A DNA stretch of 64,000 bases. It comes from Deltaproteobacteria bacterium (lineage in GTDB: Bacteria > Myxococcota_A > UBA9160 > UBA6930). The translations under genes were made by a program, and so were the position numbers. The stretch spans positions 89,227-153,226 of the forward strand of contig JAPPPQ010000015.1 in assembly GCA_028817435.1 (NCBI GenBank). The letters are read 5' to 3'. Each line of letters opens with the position of its first letter. The first letter of the stretch is position 1. The notes beneath the pieces were generated by a model that searched no databases, was not told the origin of the DNA, and saw only the letters and a list, made by a program, of their open reading frames with translations. Positions 63,418 to 64,000 of this stretch are shown here, piece by piece.

Positions 63418-63704
63418 CAGCCCCTCCTTTTCCCTCGCGGGATTCCGGTTTCGCGCGCCGCCGGGCGGCCCCGGGCGCACGCCGCCCGGCCCCCCATTCT
63501 ATACCGCTTTGGCCCCCGCCGGTGCGGGAAGCGGGCGCGCCGGCCGATTTTTTTTCGCCCCCCGTGGGGCCAAAAAAGGCTGGCGGGGTTGACGGGCGCG
63601 CCGGGGCGGGGCAGAATGTCCCCCGGCTGGCAGGACTACATGCGCAGGGTCCCCAGGGCTTCGGGCCCAGCCGGCTGCGTCCCACACCTGAGGATATCCC
63701 GCAG

Positions 63705-64000
63705 ATGTATCTCTTGTATCTGAGCGAATCGGGGTCTCACGGCGACTCCAAAAACCTGGTCCTGGCGGGCCTGGCCATCTTCGAGCGCGGCGCTTACTGG
63801 CTGCGCCGGGAGCTGGACCTGGCCGTGCAGTCGGCCTTTCCCGACAGCGGGGAGGTGCCGCTGCGCGCCTCGGCCCTGCGCGTGCCCCAGGGCGAGCGCC
63901 CGGTGCTGCCCTACAGCCAGATAGACGGCAACGCGCGCCGCGCCCTGCTGGAGCGCTGCTACCACCTGATTGCCGAATCCACCCACCCCCGGCTCTTCGC
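63705..64000 (+). CDS. DUF3800-like protein, N-terminal part only (runs off the right edge)
   Basis: ATG 63705. MYLLYLSESGSHGDSKNLVLAGLAIFE resembles the DUF3800 N-terminal DESG-type motif. Frame is open to the window end. Confidence 0.45.
   Translation, partial: MYLLYLSESGSHGDSKNLVLAGLAIFERGAYWLRRELDLAVQSAFPDSGEVPLRASALRVPQGERPVLPYSQIDGNARRALLERCYHLIAESTHPRLF

Noticed and set aside
63548-63577. T8-GCCCC-ccgt-GGGGC-A6 hairpin that looks like a terminator
   Set aside because: On both strands the U-tract precedes the stem instead of following it. The T and A runs simply extend the stem. It also lies between divergent gene starts, not at a gene end.

Overview
Densely coded chromosome segment from a high-GC Gram-negative bacterium. 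Hand counts give about two-thirds G+C in housekeeping genes. Periplasmic SurA, lipoproteins, outer-membrane barrels and NDH-1 support the Gram-negative call; I do not assign a lineage. The backbone runs: cobB (Sir2)-rhomboid, LLM oxidoreductase, PBP1A, gshB, a small Arg-rich protein, a sigma54 activator with ogt, a metC-like PLP enzyme, feoAB with a Fur-box-like palindrome, and gpsA. Next is a 10-gene nuo cluster ordered A-E-F-G-H-J-K-L-M-N, with no nuoB/C/D/I. Then come selB-serS, dienelactone hydrolase, a tRNA array (Ser-UGA, Ser-GCU, Ser-GGA, Arg-GCG), polyprenyl synthase, algH, a CPBP protease, nth, an AMACR-like CoA-transferase, a histidine phosphatase, a carboxylesterase and serC. The right part holds a Ski2-like helicase coupled to an alkyltransferase-like (ATL) gene, surA, a truncated uvrA paralog, egtB, a small lipid-related cluster, cytochrome c and a PuuD-like membrane protein. 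Six visibly AT-richer islets interrupt this backbone, and none carries an integrase or transposase. (1) 5.6-10.7 kb is a surface-protein island: an inverse autotransporter, two paralogous lipoproteins around a small beta-barrel, and an Ig-repeat/PPC lipoprotein. It is bracketed by about 52-bp direct repeats and headed by a C13 tract that puts the best SD-ATG one nt out of frame. (2) A Fic gene with a duplicated SD/start module. (3) A solitary DNA methyltransferase. (4) A 993-aa MmeI-like Type IIG RM enzyme wedged into a DLH-serS-selB gene string. (5) A compact Type II R-M pair. (6) A methyltransferase-Mrr nuclease fusion immediately after egtB. No rRNA, CRISPR array or recognisable transposable element was seen. 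Many long ORFs in the supplied track are antisense artefacts of high GC and were rejected.
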